A stretch of 64,000 nucleotides of DNA from an uncultured Chloroflexia bacterium (GCA_963848115.1 CAWKCP010000024.1:281731-345730), one strand, 5' to 3'. Counted from the first letter of the stretch, positions 7,677 through 17,120 are shown. Program-made: numbers and translations. The notes: generated by a model not told the origin, from the letters alone.

Positions 7677-9379
7677 TGATGATGAAAAAATCAATTACCA
7701 CCGGGCTCATTACCTACGCTGTTCTCACCTATTTTATTCTGATCGGCATTCCGATCCGGTTGGAGGCGGCTGCGTTTCCGGTCCTCTCGGTTGCTGCTGC
7801 ACTGCTTATCTATGGCTTGCTGCGCAAGCGTCTCGCTGAGGCATCTGCCGGTCAATCGATAGGAAGCGGGTTGATCGCCGGTTTGACTGCCGGCATCTTC
7901 ACGACGGCGATGATCTGGATCTTTGCCACCCTCATCGGCGCTGGAACCCGGGTTCAGCCCGTCTTCGACAAAATCGTGCCCCAGAATCTGGCGGCCTTGC
8001 TCAATGTTTCAGCGGGCGCGATCGGCAAGGGTGAAGTGCCGCCCACTGCCTATCTGATACAGCTTGCCATGTTGGCTGTGGCCGGCATAGTGGCCGGTTT
8101 CCTCATCCTGATCTTTCGCAGCGACGGCATGGGCAAAGCACGGCAGACCAAGATCCCCGGCGGGCGCTGGATCGTGATCGTTCTGCCCTTTGTGCTGATG
8201 GCTATCATCGTGTTGCTCGGGCAAGACTGGGTCGATTTTGGCGGGCGCAATCAGGGCACCATCCGGCTGCTGATCACCATGATCGCGGTCGGCGCCGGCC
8301 TCTATTCACAGCGTGCGGCGCGACCGGGCAAAGAGAAGCTGATCGTCAACGTTTTGCTCCTTCTTTGTATCGCTGCACTGCCTTTCACGCTGGATCAGTT
8401 CCAGAACTCAGTCATGGGCCTGGTCTTCATCTTTGCCATGATGGGCCTGGGGCTGAACATCGTTGTCGGTTTCGCCGGTCTGCTCGATCTGGGCTACGTA
8501 GCCTTCTTCGCCATCGGCGCCTACGTCTACGCCTTCATCTCTGCGCCGTCGTCGTCCGAGGCGATCACGAATATGTTGGTCTCCATCGGCGTCTCGCCGG
8601 CATCCCCGATCATGAGCTTCTGGATAGCCATTCCGTTCACCATGGCGGCAGCGGGCCTGGGCGGCGTCTTGCTGGGCATTCCCGTTCTGCGCATGCGTGG
8701 TGACTACCTGGCAATTGTAACGCTGGGTTTCGGTGAGATCATCCGTCTCTTCATGCTCAACCTGGATCCGCTCACCAACGGGCCGCGTGGTATGCTCAAC
8801 ATCGCTCCGCCGGTGCTCTTCGGTTATGAGATGGGCCGCCCGCGAGACATCTTCATCCTGGCCCTTATCGGTTCAGCCGTCATCGCCTTCGTGGCATTGC
8901 GTCTCAGCGATTCACGCCTAGGCCGCTCCTGGGACGCCATGCGTGAGGACGAGGACGTCGCTCAGGCGACCGGTATTCACCTGGTGCGTACCAAGTTGCT
9001 TGCCTTCTCCATCGGCGCAACCTTCGCCGGTCTCGCCGGCCAGATCTTCGCCGCACGTCAGGTGAACATTTTCCCGGAAAACTTCACGCTCTTCGTCTCA
9101 ATCGATGCATTGGCCATGATCATCGTCGGCGGCATCGGCAGCATCCCCGGCGTGATCCTGGGCGCTGTCGCCCTGAAGGGGTTGCCCGAGGTGCTACGTG
9201 GTGTCGATGAATATCGTATCGTTACTTTTGCGGCGCTGCTGATCATCATGATGATTGTGCGCCCCGAGGGTCTGTTGCCGTCTGCACGCCGGCAACATGA
9301 GCTTCACGGTGATGATGAACCAGGCAGGCTGGATGAGTTTGGACATACGGACGACTATATTGAGCGGGAGCAGATCTGA
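7676..9379 (+). CDS. livM: Branched-chain amino acid ABC transporter permease (LivM type) with a long N-terminal membrane extension
   Basis: The C-terminal ~330 aa are LivM-like (GLLDLGYVAFFAIGAY..., GDYLAIVTLGFGEI). They are preceded by about 230 aa of additional TM segments. The start overlaps the livH stop. Confidence 0.9.
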   Translation: MMMKKSITTGLITYAVLTYFILIGIPIRLEAAAFPVLSVAAALLIYGLLRKRLAEASAGQSIGSGLIAGLTAGIFTTAMIWIFATLIGAGTRVQPVFDKIVPQNLAALLNVSAGAIGKGEVPPTAYLIQLAMLAVAGIVAGFLILIFRSDGMGKARQTKIPGGRWIVIVLPFVLMAIIVLLGQDWVDFGGRNQGTIRLLITMIAVGAGLYSQRAARPGKEKLIVNVLLLLCIAALPFTLDQFQNSVMGLVFIFAMMGLGLNIVVGFAGLLDLGYVAFFAIGAYVYAFISAPSSSEAITNMLVSIGVSPASPIMSFWIAIPFTMAAAGLGGVLLGIPVLRMRGDYLAIVTLGFGEIIRLFMLNLDPLTNGPRGMLNIAPPVLFGYEMGRPRDIFILALIGSAVIAFVALRLSDSRLGRSWDAMREDEDVAQATGIHLVRTKLLAFSIGATFAGLAGQIFAARQVNIFPENFTLFVSIDALAMIIVGGIGSIPGVILGAVALKGLPEVLRGVDEYRIVTFAALLIIMMIVRPEGLLPSARRQHELHGDDEPGRLDEFGHTDDYIEREQI

Positions 9380-10158
9380 TGGCTCTTCTTGAAGCGCAAA
9401 AGGTTTCAAAGATATTTGGCGGATTGACCGCTGTCGACAACGTCAGCTTGGTCATCGAAAAACAGCAGATTTCCAGCTTGATCGGCCCCAATGGCGCCGG
9501 CAAGACGACCTTTTTCAATTGTCTGACCGGACTCTACATGCCCGAATACGGTGACATCATTTTCGACGGCGAATCCCTCATTGGACTGCGCCCGGATCAG
9601 ATTGTCGCCTGCGGCATGGCTCGTACGTACCAGAATATTCGTCTCTTCGGCGGCATGACGGCGCTGGAGAACGTGTTGGTCGGCGAGCATGTGAAGACCA
9701 AGGCGTCTACGCTCGGGGCAATCTTTCGTACGCCGAGCCAGCGCAAAGAGGAGCAGCGGGCCGTCCGTCGAGCGATGGAACTGCTGGATTACGTCGGCCT
9801 GGCCGATAAGGCCTCGCAGGTTTCACGTAACCTGGCTTATGGCGACCAACGCCTGCTAGAAATTGCCCGGGCCATGGGCAGTGAGCCCAAGCTGCTGCTA
9901 CTTGATGAGCCTGCTGCAGGCATGAACCCACGTGAGACCGAGTATATGCTCCAACTGGTGCACCGCCTGCGTGACGAGCACGAAATCACGGTGCTGCTCA
10001 TCGAGCATGATATGAAGGTCGTCATGGCCGTATCGGATCACATCACCGTGCTCGACTACGGCAAGAAGATCGCCGAGGGCACGCCGGCGGAAGTTCGTGC
10101 CAATCCCAAAGTGATCGAGGCCTATCTGGGCCCCGGCGTCGAACTGGCCGCGGAGTAA
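9379..10158 (+). CDS. livG: Branched-chain amino acid ABC transporter ATP-binding protein (LivG type)
   Basis: Walker A GPNGAGKTT, signature YGDQRLLEIARA, Walker B LLLLDEPAAG, and a LivG-type C-terminus. The start overlaps the livM stop. Confidence 0.95.
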   Translation: MALLEAQKVSKIFGGLTAVDNVSLVIEKQQISSLIGPNGAGKTTFFNCLTGLYMPEYGDIIFDGESLIGLRPDQIVACGMARTYQNIRLFGGMTALENVLVGEHVKTKASTLGAIFRTPSQRKEEQRAVRRAMELLDYVGLADKASQVSRNLAYGDQRLLEIARAMGSEPKLLLLDEPAAGMNPRETEYMLQLVHRLRDEHEITVLLIEHDMKVVMAVSDHITVLDYGKKIAEGTPAEVRANPKVIEAYLGPGVELAAE

Positions 10159-10162
10159 GCGT

Positions 10163-10873
10163 ATGCTAACCTTAAACAACGTCCATACCTACTACGGCAA
10201 TATTCACACGCTCAAGGGCATCTCGCTTACGGTAGAGCAGGGCGAGATCGTCACGCTGATCGGCTCGAATGGCGCAGGTAAGACCACAACGCTCAATACG
10301 ATCAGCGGTCTGTTGAAGCCGCGGGTCGGCGAAGTGATTCTCGAGGGCAAACGGATTGATGAGATTCCGGCCCACGAGGTCACGCAATTGGGCGTGAGTC
10401 AGTCGCCTGAGGGAAGAAAGATCTTTGCTCGTCTCTCTGTGCAAGAAAACCTTGAGATGGGCGCCTTCAATCGCACCGATGATCCCAGTGGCGTAAAGGA
10501 GGACTACGATCGGGTGCTGGAACTCTTTCCTCGCCTGCAAGAGCGGCTCAAACAACCCGGCGGCACCCTCTCCGGCGGTGAGCAGCAGATGCTGGCCATG
10601 GGCCGTGCTCTGATGAGTCGTCCGCGCATTCTCCTGCTCGACGAGCCTTCCATGGGCCTCGCTCCCTTGTTGGTCGAGCAGATCTTCGAAATTGTCCAGG
10701 AGATCAACGGCCAGGGAACGACCATTCTCCTGGTCGAGCAGAACGCCGCCGTCGCCTTGCAGATCGCCGATCGCGGCTATGTGTTGCAGACCGGCGAGAT
10801 CATGCTCAGCGATAGCGCCGAGAACCTGCGCAAAGATCCGACCGTTCAACAGGCATATCTTGGTATCGAATAA
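10163..10873 (+). CDS. livF: Branched-chain amino acid ABC transporter ATP-binding protein (LivF type)
   Basis: Walker A GSNGAGKTT, signature LSGGEQQMLA, Walker B ILLLDEPS. 236 aa. Confidence 0.95.
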   Translation: MLTLNNVHTYYGNIHTLKGISLTVEQGEIVTLIGSNGAGKTTTLNTISGLLKPRVGEVILEGKRIDEIPAHEVTQLGVSQSPEGRKIFARLSVQENLEMGAFNRTDDPSGVKEDYDRVLELFPRLQERLKQPGGTLSGGEQQMLAMGRALMSRPRILLLDEPSMGLAPLLVEQIFEIVQEINGQGTTILLVEQNAAVALQIADRGYVLQTGEIMLSDSAENLRKDPTVQQAYLGIE

Positions 10874-10884
10874 TTGATGCTTGA

Positions 10885-10946
10885 GCGGCAGAAAAAGGAG
10901 AGCCGGTGGCGCAAACTTGCGCTATCGGCTCTCTTTTTTCTGCCGC
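10885..10946. terminator. Strong bidirectional-type intrinsic terminator after livF
   Basis: GCGGCAGAAAAAGGAGAGCCGGTGGCGCAAACTTGCGCTATCGGCTCTCTTTTTTCTGCCGC. The inner GC stem is followed by TTTTTT, and outer A-run/T-run pairing extends the palindrome. Confidence 0.8.
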
Positions 10947-11101
10947 AGACCATTGTCCATTTTGGCCGACTTAATTCTTCCCGGAAACGTATTAATTTTT
11001 TGCCGTGAGGAAGCTTGCCGTACGGCGTGCCATGGTTTATCCTCACGCGGATCGGGTTCCTTTTTTGCATTTCAATTCGTTTCACAGAGGAGAAAACGCA
11101 C

Positions 11102-12376
11102 ATGGCTAACAACGGACGTATCATCGTACTCGGCGGCGACGGTTTCTGCGGCTGGCCCACCAGTCTTTATCTCTCCAAGGCCGGTTACGACGTCACCATC
11201 GTTGACAATCTGTCACGTCGCAAGATTGACGTTGAATTGGGCGCCGAGTCACTCACCCCCATCCAGACCATTCAGAATCGCATCCGCACCTGGGAAGAGG
11301 TCAGCGGGCACCACATAGATTTCGTCAACCTCAATATCGCGGAAGACTACGACCAACTGGAATCCCTGATCCGCGAGGTCGAGCCGCAGACCATTGTCCA
11401 TTTTGCCGAGCAACGTGCGGCGCCCTATTCGATGAAGTCGGCCAAGCATAAGCGCTACACCGTGGACAACAACATCAACGGCACCAACAGCCTGCTCTGC
11501 GCCATGGTCGAGTCCGGCCTGGACACGCATCTGGTCCATCTGGGCACCATGGGCGTCTATGGCTATGGCACCGCCGGCATGGCCATCCCTGAAGGTTATC
11601 TTGATGTCAAGGTCGACGTGGACGGCGAAGAGGTGGCCATCGACATCCCCTATCCGGCCAACCCCGGCAGCATCTATCACATGACCAAGACGTTGGATGC
11701 CCTGCTCTTCTATTACTACAACAAGAACGACGAACTTCGCATCACCGATCTGCATCAGGGTATCGTCTGGGGCACCAACACCGATGAGACTTTGGCCCAC
11801 CCGGCGCTGGTCAATCGCTTCGACTATGAGAGCGACTACGGCACGGTCCTCAACCGTTTTCTGGTCCAGGCCGCGGTCGGCCATCCGCTGACGGTCTACG
11901 GTACCGGTGGCCAGACACGCGCGTTCATCAATATCCGCGACACTGTGCGTTGCGTCAAGTTGGCCGTCGAGAATCCGCCGGTCCGCGGTGAGCGCGTCAA
12001 GATCTTCAACCAGGCCACAGAGACGCACCGGGTTGGTGAACTGGCCGAGTTGGTCGCCGGCTTGACCGGGGCAGAACTGCGCTACTACGTCAACCCGCGC
12101 AATGAAGCGCCGGAGAACGAGCTGATCGTGCGCAATGACCAGTTCTTGGCCCTGGGCCTGGATCCCATCAGCCTGAAAGAGGGGTTGCTGGAAGAGGTTG
12201 TCGCCATCGCCGCCAACTGCAAAGATCGCATCAACTTCGAAACCATCCCGCCAAGCTCGGCCTGGCGAGCCGACATCAAGCTGGACGGCACCGGCTACAC
12301 TGAGCCCATCAACGGTCAGAAGCCCGTCCACACAAACGGCCATTCGGCCGCAGACGCGGTGGCCTTGCCGGCGTAG
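11102..12376 (+). CDS. sqdB: UDP-sulfoquinovose synthase (SQD1/SqdB family SDR)
   Basis: Colinear, from memory, with SQD1/SqdB: GGDGFCGWPTSLYLS, LTPIQTIQNRI, FAEQRAAPYSM, LGTMGVYGY, SIYHMTKTLD, LNRFLVQAAVGHPLTVYGTGGQTRAFI. GAGGAG precedes ATG 11102. The ORF-track start 11015 is an upstream extension. Confidence 0.85.
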   Translation: MANNGRIIVLGGDGFCGWPTSLYLSKAGYDVTIVDNLSRRKIDVELGAESLTPIQTIQNRIRTWEEVSGHHIDFVNLNIAEDYDQLESLIREVEPQTIVHFAEQRAAPYSMKSAKHKRYTVDNNINGTNSLLCAMVESGLDTHLVHLGTMGVYGYGTAGMAIPEGYLDVKVDVDGEEVAIDIPYPANPGSIYHMTKTLDALLFYYYNKNDELRITDLHQGIVWGTNTDETLAHPALVNRFDYESDYGTVLNRFLVQAAVGHPLTVYGTGGQTRAFINIRDTVRCVKLAVENPPVRGERVKIFNQATETHRVGELAELVAGLTGAELRYYVNPRNEAPENELIVRNDQFLALGLDPISLKEGLLEEVVAIAANCKDRINFETIPPSSAWRADIKLDGTGYTEPINGQKPVHTNGHSAADAVALPA

Positions 12377-12406
12377 GTTCATTGAAGAAACCAGATCGTC
12401 CATCTG

Positions 12407-12435
12407 GTAGGGATAGGTCTCAGACCTGTCCCTAC
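12407..12435 (+). terminator. GC-rich hairpin downstream of sqdB
   Basis: GTAGGGATAGGTC-TCA-GACCTGTCCCTAC (13-bp stem with one mismatch). Confidence 0.5.
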
Positions 12436-12453
12436 GTGGCCGGGATATTTAGA

Positions 12454-12492
12454 GAACGGCGAATGCAATGTTGCATTCGCCGTTCTGTTTTG
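12454..12492 (+). terminator. Intrinsic terminator
   Basis: GAACGGCGAATGCAA-TG-TTGCATTCGCCGTTC is a perfect 15-nt inverted repeat, followed by TGTTTTGGG. Confidence 0.7.
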
Positions 12493-12533
12493 GGAGATCG
12501 TGTCGAAATGGTCTCACCGATTCAAATTGCCCC

Positions 12534-12577
12534 TTGACATCATCCATCTCCAATGGTAAAATCCGAACGATGTTCGG
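12534..12577 (+). promoter_or_regulatory. Promoter plus palindromic operator overlapping the tetR start
   Basis: TTGACA (12534-12539), a 17-nt spacer, then TAAAAT (12557-12562). The palindrome CCGAAC-GAT-GTTCGG (12563-12577) contains ATG 12570. The -10 ends 7 nt before the ATG, so a leaderless mRNA is predicted. Confidence 0.6.
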
Positions 12578-13241
12578 TAAAAGAAATTTGTTAGGAATCA
12601 GTGAAGTGGCAAAGCAAGAGCTATCACCGAGAGAACGCAGACATCAACGCACGCATGAGGCCATTCTAGAGGCGGCGCGCCAGATCATTAGCCAGGATGG
12701 GCCGGATGCACTATCCATGCGCGCAATCGCTAACGCCATCGATTACAGCCCGGCCGGCCTCTATGAATACTTCGGCGGCAAGGACGAAATCATCTGCGAG
12801 GTGGCCAATCAGGGTCATGCACGGCTGAAGGCGGCAATGCAGCGCGTCGATCCTGCATTGTCTGTCGAACAATATCTCATCGAAATTGGCCTGGCCTACA
12901 TCGATTTTGCTGTTGCCAATACGGACTATTTCCTGCTCATGTTCACAAACCTGCCGGAACCCTATTTGCCGAGACAGCAACCGGATGAATTGCTTGAGGA
13001 GATGAGGACCGATCAGTCGTCCTTTCCGATTCTGCTACATGCCATCCAACGAGGCATAGACGAAGTCGTCTTCATTCCTGGTGAAGGCTATGGCGTGCTT
13101 GAAATGGCCTACACGGCCTGGGCCACGGTCCATGGCATCGCCATGCTGCGTTCGACCTATGGTCGGCAGTTGCCGCTCAACTACACGCTGGCTGACCGTG
13201 AGGCCCTACACCGTCTCGCCAGGGGACTCATGGCCGGGTAA
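12570..13241 (+). CDS. TetR/AcrR family transcriptional regulator
   Basis: HTH region RTHEAILEAARQIISQDGPDALSMRAIANAIDYSPAGLYEYFGGKDEI. The ORF-track start 12468 lies inside the upstream terminator hairpin, so ATG 12570 is preferred. Confidence 0.88.
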   Translation: MFGKRNLLGISEVAKQELSPRERRHQRTHEAILEAARQIISQDGPDALSMRAIANAIDYSPAGLYEYFGGKDEIICEVANQGHARLKAAMQRVDPALSVEQYLIEIGLAYIDFAVANTDYFLLMFTNLPEPYLPRQQPDELLEEMRTDQSSFPILLHAIQRGIDEVVFIPGEGYGVLEMAYTAWATVHGIAMLRSTYGRQLPLNYTLADREALHRLARGLMAG

Positions 13242-13270
13242 TTTTGACTGTTCTCTTTTTTTTGCTGATT

Positions 13271-13285
13271 CCGAACATTGTTCGG
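13271..13285. promoter_or_regulatory. Second copy of the TetR-type operator palindrome
   Basis: CCGAAC-ATT-GTTCGG has the same half-sites as 12563-12577. It lies 20-35 nt upstream of the next gene. Confidence 0.55.
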
Positions 13286-13304
13286 TGAACAATCGTCGTT
13301 TTGA

Positions 13305-13799
13305 ATGAAGGGATTGTATATGAATTACGATCTAGCCTTTCAATTGAGTAGCCTGCTGGTGATGCCTTTCTGGCTACTGATGATCTTTGTGCCGACCTGG
13401 CGCTGGACCCAGCGAACCATCGCATCGCCCTGGATCGTGGCCCCTGTTGCACTGCTCTACGCCATCTTGATCGTCCCGATGATGGCCGGAGCACTGCCTG
13501 CATTGATGAATCCGCAACTGGCGAGCATCGCTGCGCTACTGGGCACGCCTGTCGGTGCCACCGTTGGGTGGATCCACTTCCTTGCCTTCGATCTCTTCGT
13601 CGGCCGGTGGGTCTATCTGGATGGGCGGCGTTTGGGGCTGAGTGCCTGGTTCGCCTCGCCAATCTTGCTGGTGGTGTTGATGTTTGGCCCGCTGGGCTTC
13701 CTGATCTATCTCGTCGTGAGCAAGTTGCTGCGACCGGGTGGCTCGAATCGCGAAGTCAGCAGCGAAGCGTCGTTGATCGAAACTCAAGGAGGAAACTAA
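13305..13799 (+). CDS. DUF4281 / ABA4-like family membrane protein
   Basis: About 160 aa with 4 TM helices. The motif GWIHFLAFDLFVGRW matches what I remember for DUF4281. GAAGGGA precedes the alternative start ATG 13320. Confidence 0.7.
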   Translation: MKGLYMNYDLAFQLSSLLVMPFWLLMIFVPTWRWTQRTIASPWIVAPVALLYAILIVPMMAGALPALMNPQLASIAALLGTPVGATVGWIHFLAFDLFVGRWVYLDGRRLGLSAWFASPILLVVLMFGPLGFLIYLVVSKLLRPGGSNREVSSEASLIETQGGN

Positions 13800-14854
13800 T
13801 GACTGACGCACTACATGAAACCATCGATAGCGAAACAGAACTGACCCAGGCGACTCTGGCCGGCCGAGCAAACGCTCTACTGTCCGAAGCCTGGCACTTC
13901 AACCGAATACTGACAGCCGCCGTACTCTTGATGACGTTGTTGATCCCGCTCCCCATCATCGGCATGGTCGTCGACCCCAAGATCATCACCGGCGTCAACG
14001 GCTGGATCAAGCCGCTCAAGTTCCTGATCTCCGGCGCGCTCTACGGGACCACATTCCTTTGGCTGCTGACCTACGTCAATGGCCGTCGGCGTGTTGTTCA
14101 AGCGGCCGCCTCAATCACCGGCATCGTTCTACTTGCCGAGATCCTCCTGATCATCATGCAAGTGATGCGGGGGCAGGCCAGCCACTTCAACGCGGCCACA
14201 GGGTTTGATGCCGCAGTCTTCAGCATCATGGGGATCGCCATCACCGTGCTGGCAAGCATGAACCTGTTGTTAGCGGTGCTGCTGATGTTTCAGCGCTTGG
14301 ACAGCCCCGTTTTCGGCTGGGCACTACGCCTGGGCGTGCTGGCTTCATTTCTGGGTATTTCAACGGCATATCTGATGACGGCCGGCCCCACGCCGGAGCA
14401 ACTGGCCGCCTTGCAGGCCGGCGCAAACGTGACGTCGATTGGCGCCCATTCGGTCGGTGTGACAGATGGCGGCCCTGGACTGCCGTTCCTAGGCTGGAGC
14501 ACCCAAGGCGGCGATCTTCGTGTGCCTCACTTCATTGGGTTGCATGGGATGCAGGTCATCCCCTTGCTTGGCTGGCTGCTCACGCGTCCGTCTGCCCGGC
14601 GACGCTGGAATCGCTCGCAGCGACTCGCCTTTGTCTGGATCGGCGGCCTGACCTACATCGGCGGGACCCTCTTGCTCACGTGGCAGGCGCTACGAGGCCA
14701 ATCGGTGATCGTACTCGATGCCCAGACTTGGATGGCCTGCGGTCTGCTGATCGGTTCGGCTACGTTGGCAACGGGGCTCGTACTGAACCAGGGATCGGGT
14801 GGCCGACTGGAGTCTGGCCTTCCCCCCAGCGATGTCTCGCCAACAGCGGTCTAG
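13799..14854 (+). CDS. Hypothetical polytopic membrane protein
   Basis: AGGAGG (13787-13792) lies 6 nt before ATG 13799. There is a TAATG stop/start overlap with the upstream gene. About 8 hydrophobic segments. The ORF-track start 13568 is an in-frame upstream extension. Family not recognised. Confidence 0.7.
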   Translation: MTDALHETIDSETELTQATLAGRANALLSEAWHFNRILTAAVLLMTLLIPLPIIGMVVDPKIITGVNGWIKPLKFLISGALYGTTFLWLLTYVNGRRRVVQAAASITGIVLLAEILLIIMQVMRGQASHFNAATGFDAAVFSIMGIAITVLASMNLLLAVLLMFQRLDSPVFGWALRLGVLASFLGISTAYLMTAGPTPEQLAALQAGANVTSIGAHSVGVTDGGPGLPFLGWSTQGGDLRVPHFIGLHGMQVIPLLGWLLTRPSARRRWNRSQRLAFVWIGGLTYIGGTLLLTWQALRGQSVIVLDAQTWMACGLLIGSATLATGLVLNQGSGGRLESGLPPSDVSPTAV

Positions 14855-14895
14855 TGTTTACAGTCAGCTGGCGATCGAAAGAACGGGAGAGAGAG

Positions 14896-15834
14896 ATGTC
14901 AAAATGGATAGGATGGATTGTTATTGCCATCGGAGCGCTGATCTTGGCGGCCGTGATCGTATCGGCGGGAGCCGGCATTGTCGATGCACAGGCCAGTCGC
15001 AATGCTGCGGAGGCCTATGGCCCTCGCGGTCAGTTCGTAGAAGTCAACGGCGCGCAGATGCACGTCATCTGTCAGGGCGATGGGGAGCCGACACTTGTGT
15101 TGCAGGCCGGCATTGGCGGCGGGGCGCTGGATTGGCTGCCGTTTATGGAGAGCGTGGAGGATGAATTTCGAGTCTGCGCCTTCGACCGCCTTGGCCAGGA
15201 TTGGAGCGATCCGGCGCCCATGCCGCGCACATTTGCCGACGCTGCCGACGAACTGTATGTCGCCATCATGGCCCTGGGCATCGAGCATCCTATTGTCGTC
15301 GGCCATTCGTTGGGCGGCGCGGTTGCGCAGATCTATGCCGGTCGCTACGATGTGGCCGGTGTGGTCTTGGTCGACGGTCTCAGCCTGGACGCAACGCCCG
15401 AGGTGACAGAACGGCTGGGGACCTACCGGCATCTGGACTGGGCCGGCCGTTTGGGGCTGCTGCGTCCTCTGGGTTTGTTGATGGCCAACAGCGCGTACCC
15501 CGATGAGCTACGGGCTGAAATGAGAGCACTGCGCTCGCGTTCGTCGACGCTGCTCGAATTTAGTATTGAAGGAGCGGTTGCGGCGAGGGGCGCTGCAGCA
15601 GAGCTGGCCGTTGCTGAACAGAACATTGATGCGCCAATGCTTATCATTGCCGCCGGAAATAGTGAGCTGCCGGAAGGGGACATTTTCCTCGAATCACTCC
15701 AAAATCTTGCTGAGCGCCATGAAGATTCGACATTCCGTCTGATGGATGATGCCCGTCACTACGTCATCGCTAGCCATCCTCAGTTCGTGGCCGACGCCAT
15801 TGCGGATTGGGTTCAGTCTGCCGGCATTGACTGA
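14896..15834 (+). CDS. Alpha/beta hydrolase with N-terminal membrane anchor
   Basis: GHSLGG nucleophile elbow, PTLVLQAGIGGG region and an N-terminal TM (IGWIVIAIGALILAAVIV). ATG 14896 is chosen because ORF-track start 14680 overlaps the previous gene. Confidence 0.85.
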   Translation: MSKWIGWIVIAIGALILAAVIVSAGAGIVDAQASRNAAEAYGPRGQFVEVNGAQMHVICQGDGEPTLVLQAGIGGGALDWLPFMESVEDEFRVCAFDRLGQDWSDPAPMPRTFADAADELYVAIMALGIEHPIVVGHSLGGAVAQIYAGRYDVAGVVLVDGLSLDATPEVTERLGTYRHLDWAGRLGLLRPLGLLMANSAYPDELRAEMRALRSRSSTLLEFSIEGAVAARGAAAELAVAEQNIDAPMLIIAAGNSELPEGDIFLESLQNLAERHEDSTFRLMDDARHYVIASHPQFVADAIADWVQSAGID

Positions 15835-16179
15835 ATGAATCCAACAGTTCGGTGGGTGTTGTCCGTCAGCGTTGAACAACGATCGTGCTTCTGAGGGGTG
15901 CGGAACGCTTCGCTCTAGGGGCAAATCCACGCAAGAAAGCCTTTCAACATTGGGCATCCTCTCCAATTGTGATATAAACTACAATTGGTTGCATGATTGA
16001 CGTTTCGCAACTTCTCACAAATTCCATTTGCAACGACGCATTCAGATATCGTACTTTCACTATGAGCCCGGTTTAGCGACCTGCTACGCGCCTGGCTGGA
16101 ATACGTGGTATGTCTGCGCTGTCAATATCGATTGCAATCAGTTTTATCTACTTACCAACTTTGTTATTGGAGGAGGACC

Positions 16180-17037
16180 ATGAAGTCGCGTAACCTATTT
16201 TTTGTTCTAGTCGGCGTTCTTGCCTTGGTGGCCTTTGCCGCCTGTGCTCCTGTCACAGACACCGGCGCCGGTGGAGAAGCTGCTCCCGTCTCCTGTGCAG
16301 ATGCAGAGATCACGGAGACGGATGGTCAGTACGACATGGATGGCTGTATCCTGCGAATCGCCGTTGAGAACGCCTATCAGCCGTTTAACTATATCGACAC
16401 CGACACCGGTGAAGCCGTAGGCTATGACTACGACATCTTCAATGAGATGTGCGATCGTCTCAACTGTGAACCTGAGTTCATCGAGACCAGTTGGGATGCC
16501 ATGGTTGCGGTCATGGGCGGCGAAGGTGATTTTGAGACTTTTGATGTGGGCGCCGATGGCATTACTATCACCGAAGAACGCGCCCAGAACGTCAACTTCA
16601 CCGATCCGTACATTGCTTCAATTCAATTGTTGCTGGTTGCGGCTGATGAAGAACGCTTCGCCGAGCCGGAAGAGTTTGCCGCTGACGAGGATCTGGTCAT
16701 TGGCACCCAGTTGGGCACCACCAACTACGCGGCTGCCGAGAAACTGGTCGGCGAGGATCGTATTGTCGCCTATGATCAGTTTGGCACCGCGGTGCAGGCG
16801 CTCATCAACGGTGACGTCGATGCCGTGATGATCGACAATGTGGCCGGGCAGGGCTATGTCGGCGTGAATGGTGACAAGCTGAAGCTCACAGGTAGCGCCG
16901 TTGAAAGTGAAGAGCTTGGCTTCATCGTCGGACAGGGGAGCCAACTGCTTGATCCCATCAATGCTACGTTGGCTGCAATGAGGGAGGACGGCAAGCTGGA
17001 CGAACTATTCGCAATCTGGTTTGACGTCGAGGAATAG
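16180..17037 (+). CDS. Polar amino acid ABC transporter substrate-binding lipoprotein (family 3 SBP)
   Basis: GGAGGAGG RBS before ATG 16180, lipobox VAFAAC, and an SBP_bac_3-like body ([14 protein letters not shown]..., [30 protein letters not shown]). Confidence 0.88.
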   Translation: MKSRNLFFVLVGVLALVAFAACAPVTDTGAGGEAAPVSCADAEITETDGQYDMDGCILRIAVENAYQPFNYIDTDTGEAVGYDYDIFNEMCDRLNCEPEFIETSWDAMVAVMGGEGDFETFDVGADGITITEERAQNVNFTDPYIASIQLLLVAADEERFAEPEEFAADEDLVIGTQLGTTNYAAAEKLVGEDRIVAYDQFGTAVQALINGDVDAVMIDNVAGQGYVGVNGDKLKLTGSAVESEELGFIVGQGSQLLDPINATLAAMREDGKLDELFAIWFDVEE

Positions 17038-17086
17038 GCCGTCTTGGCGTCACCACAGGCTCACACTTGAATGATTGAAGTAAGCG

Positions 17087-17120
17087 GACCCTAAGGGTTG
17101 CCAAGCCCTTAGGGTCTTTT
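17087..17120 (+). terminator. Intrinsic terminator / attenuator between SBP and permease genes
   Basis: GACCCTAAGGG-TTGCCAAG-CCCTTAGGGTC followed by TTTT. Confidence 0.75.

Noticed and set aside
10172-10849. Long antisense or shadow ORFs opposite well-supported genes. Examples are 10172-10849, 11249-12403, 20228-21226, 39944-40672, 40688-42295, 42326-43294, 44693-45739 and 48729-49574.
   Set aside because: Each lies opposite a gene with strong family motifs. Their translations are Arg/Ala/Gly/His-rich low-complexity sequences typical of GC-rich antisense frames. No RBS or family similarity is seen.
12468-12569. N-terminal extensions proposed by the ORF track. Examples are 12468, 13568, 14680, 16105, 17127, 19160, 23858, 26068, 27975, 42257, 43735, 56164, 58751 and 63071.
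   Set aside because: The upstream segments overlap terminators, repeats or the preceding gene, and they lack family similarity. Internal starts have an RBS and/or signal peptides, and they match family N-termini.
15963-15988. The inverted repeat CCAATTGT-N10-ACAATTGG upstream of the polar amino-acid SBP gene as an operator.
   Set aside because: It is a single 8-bp inverted repeat about 190 nt from the start codon, with no second copy or adjacent regulator gene. It is too weak to call.
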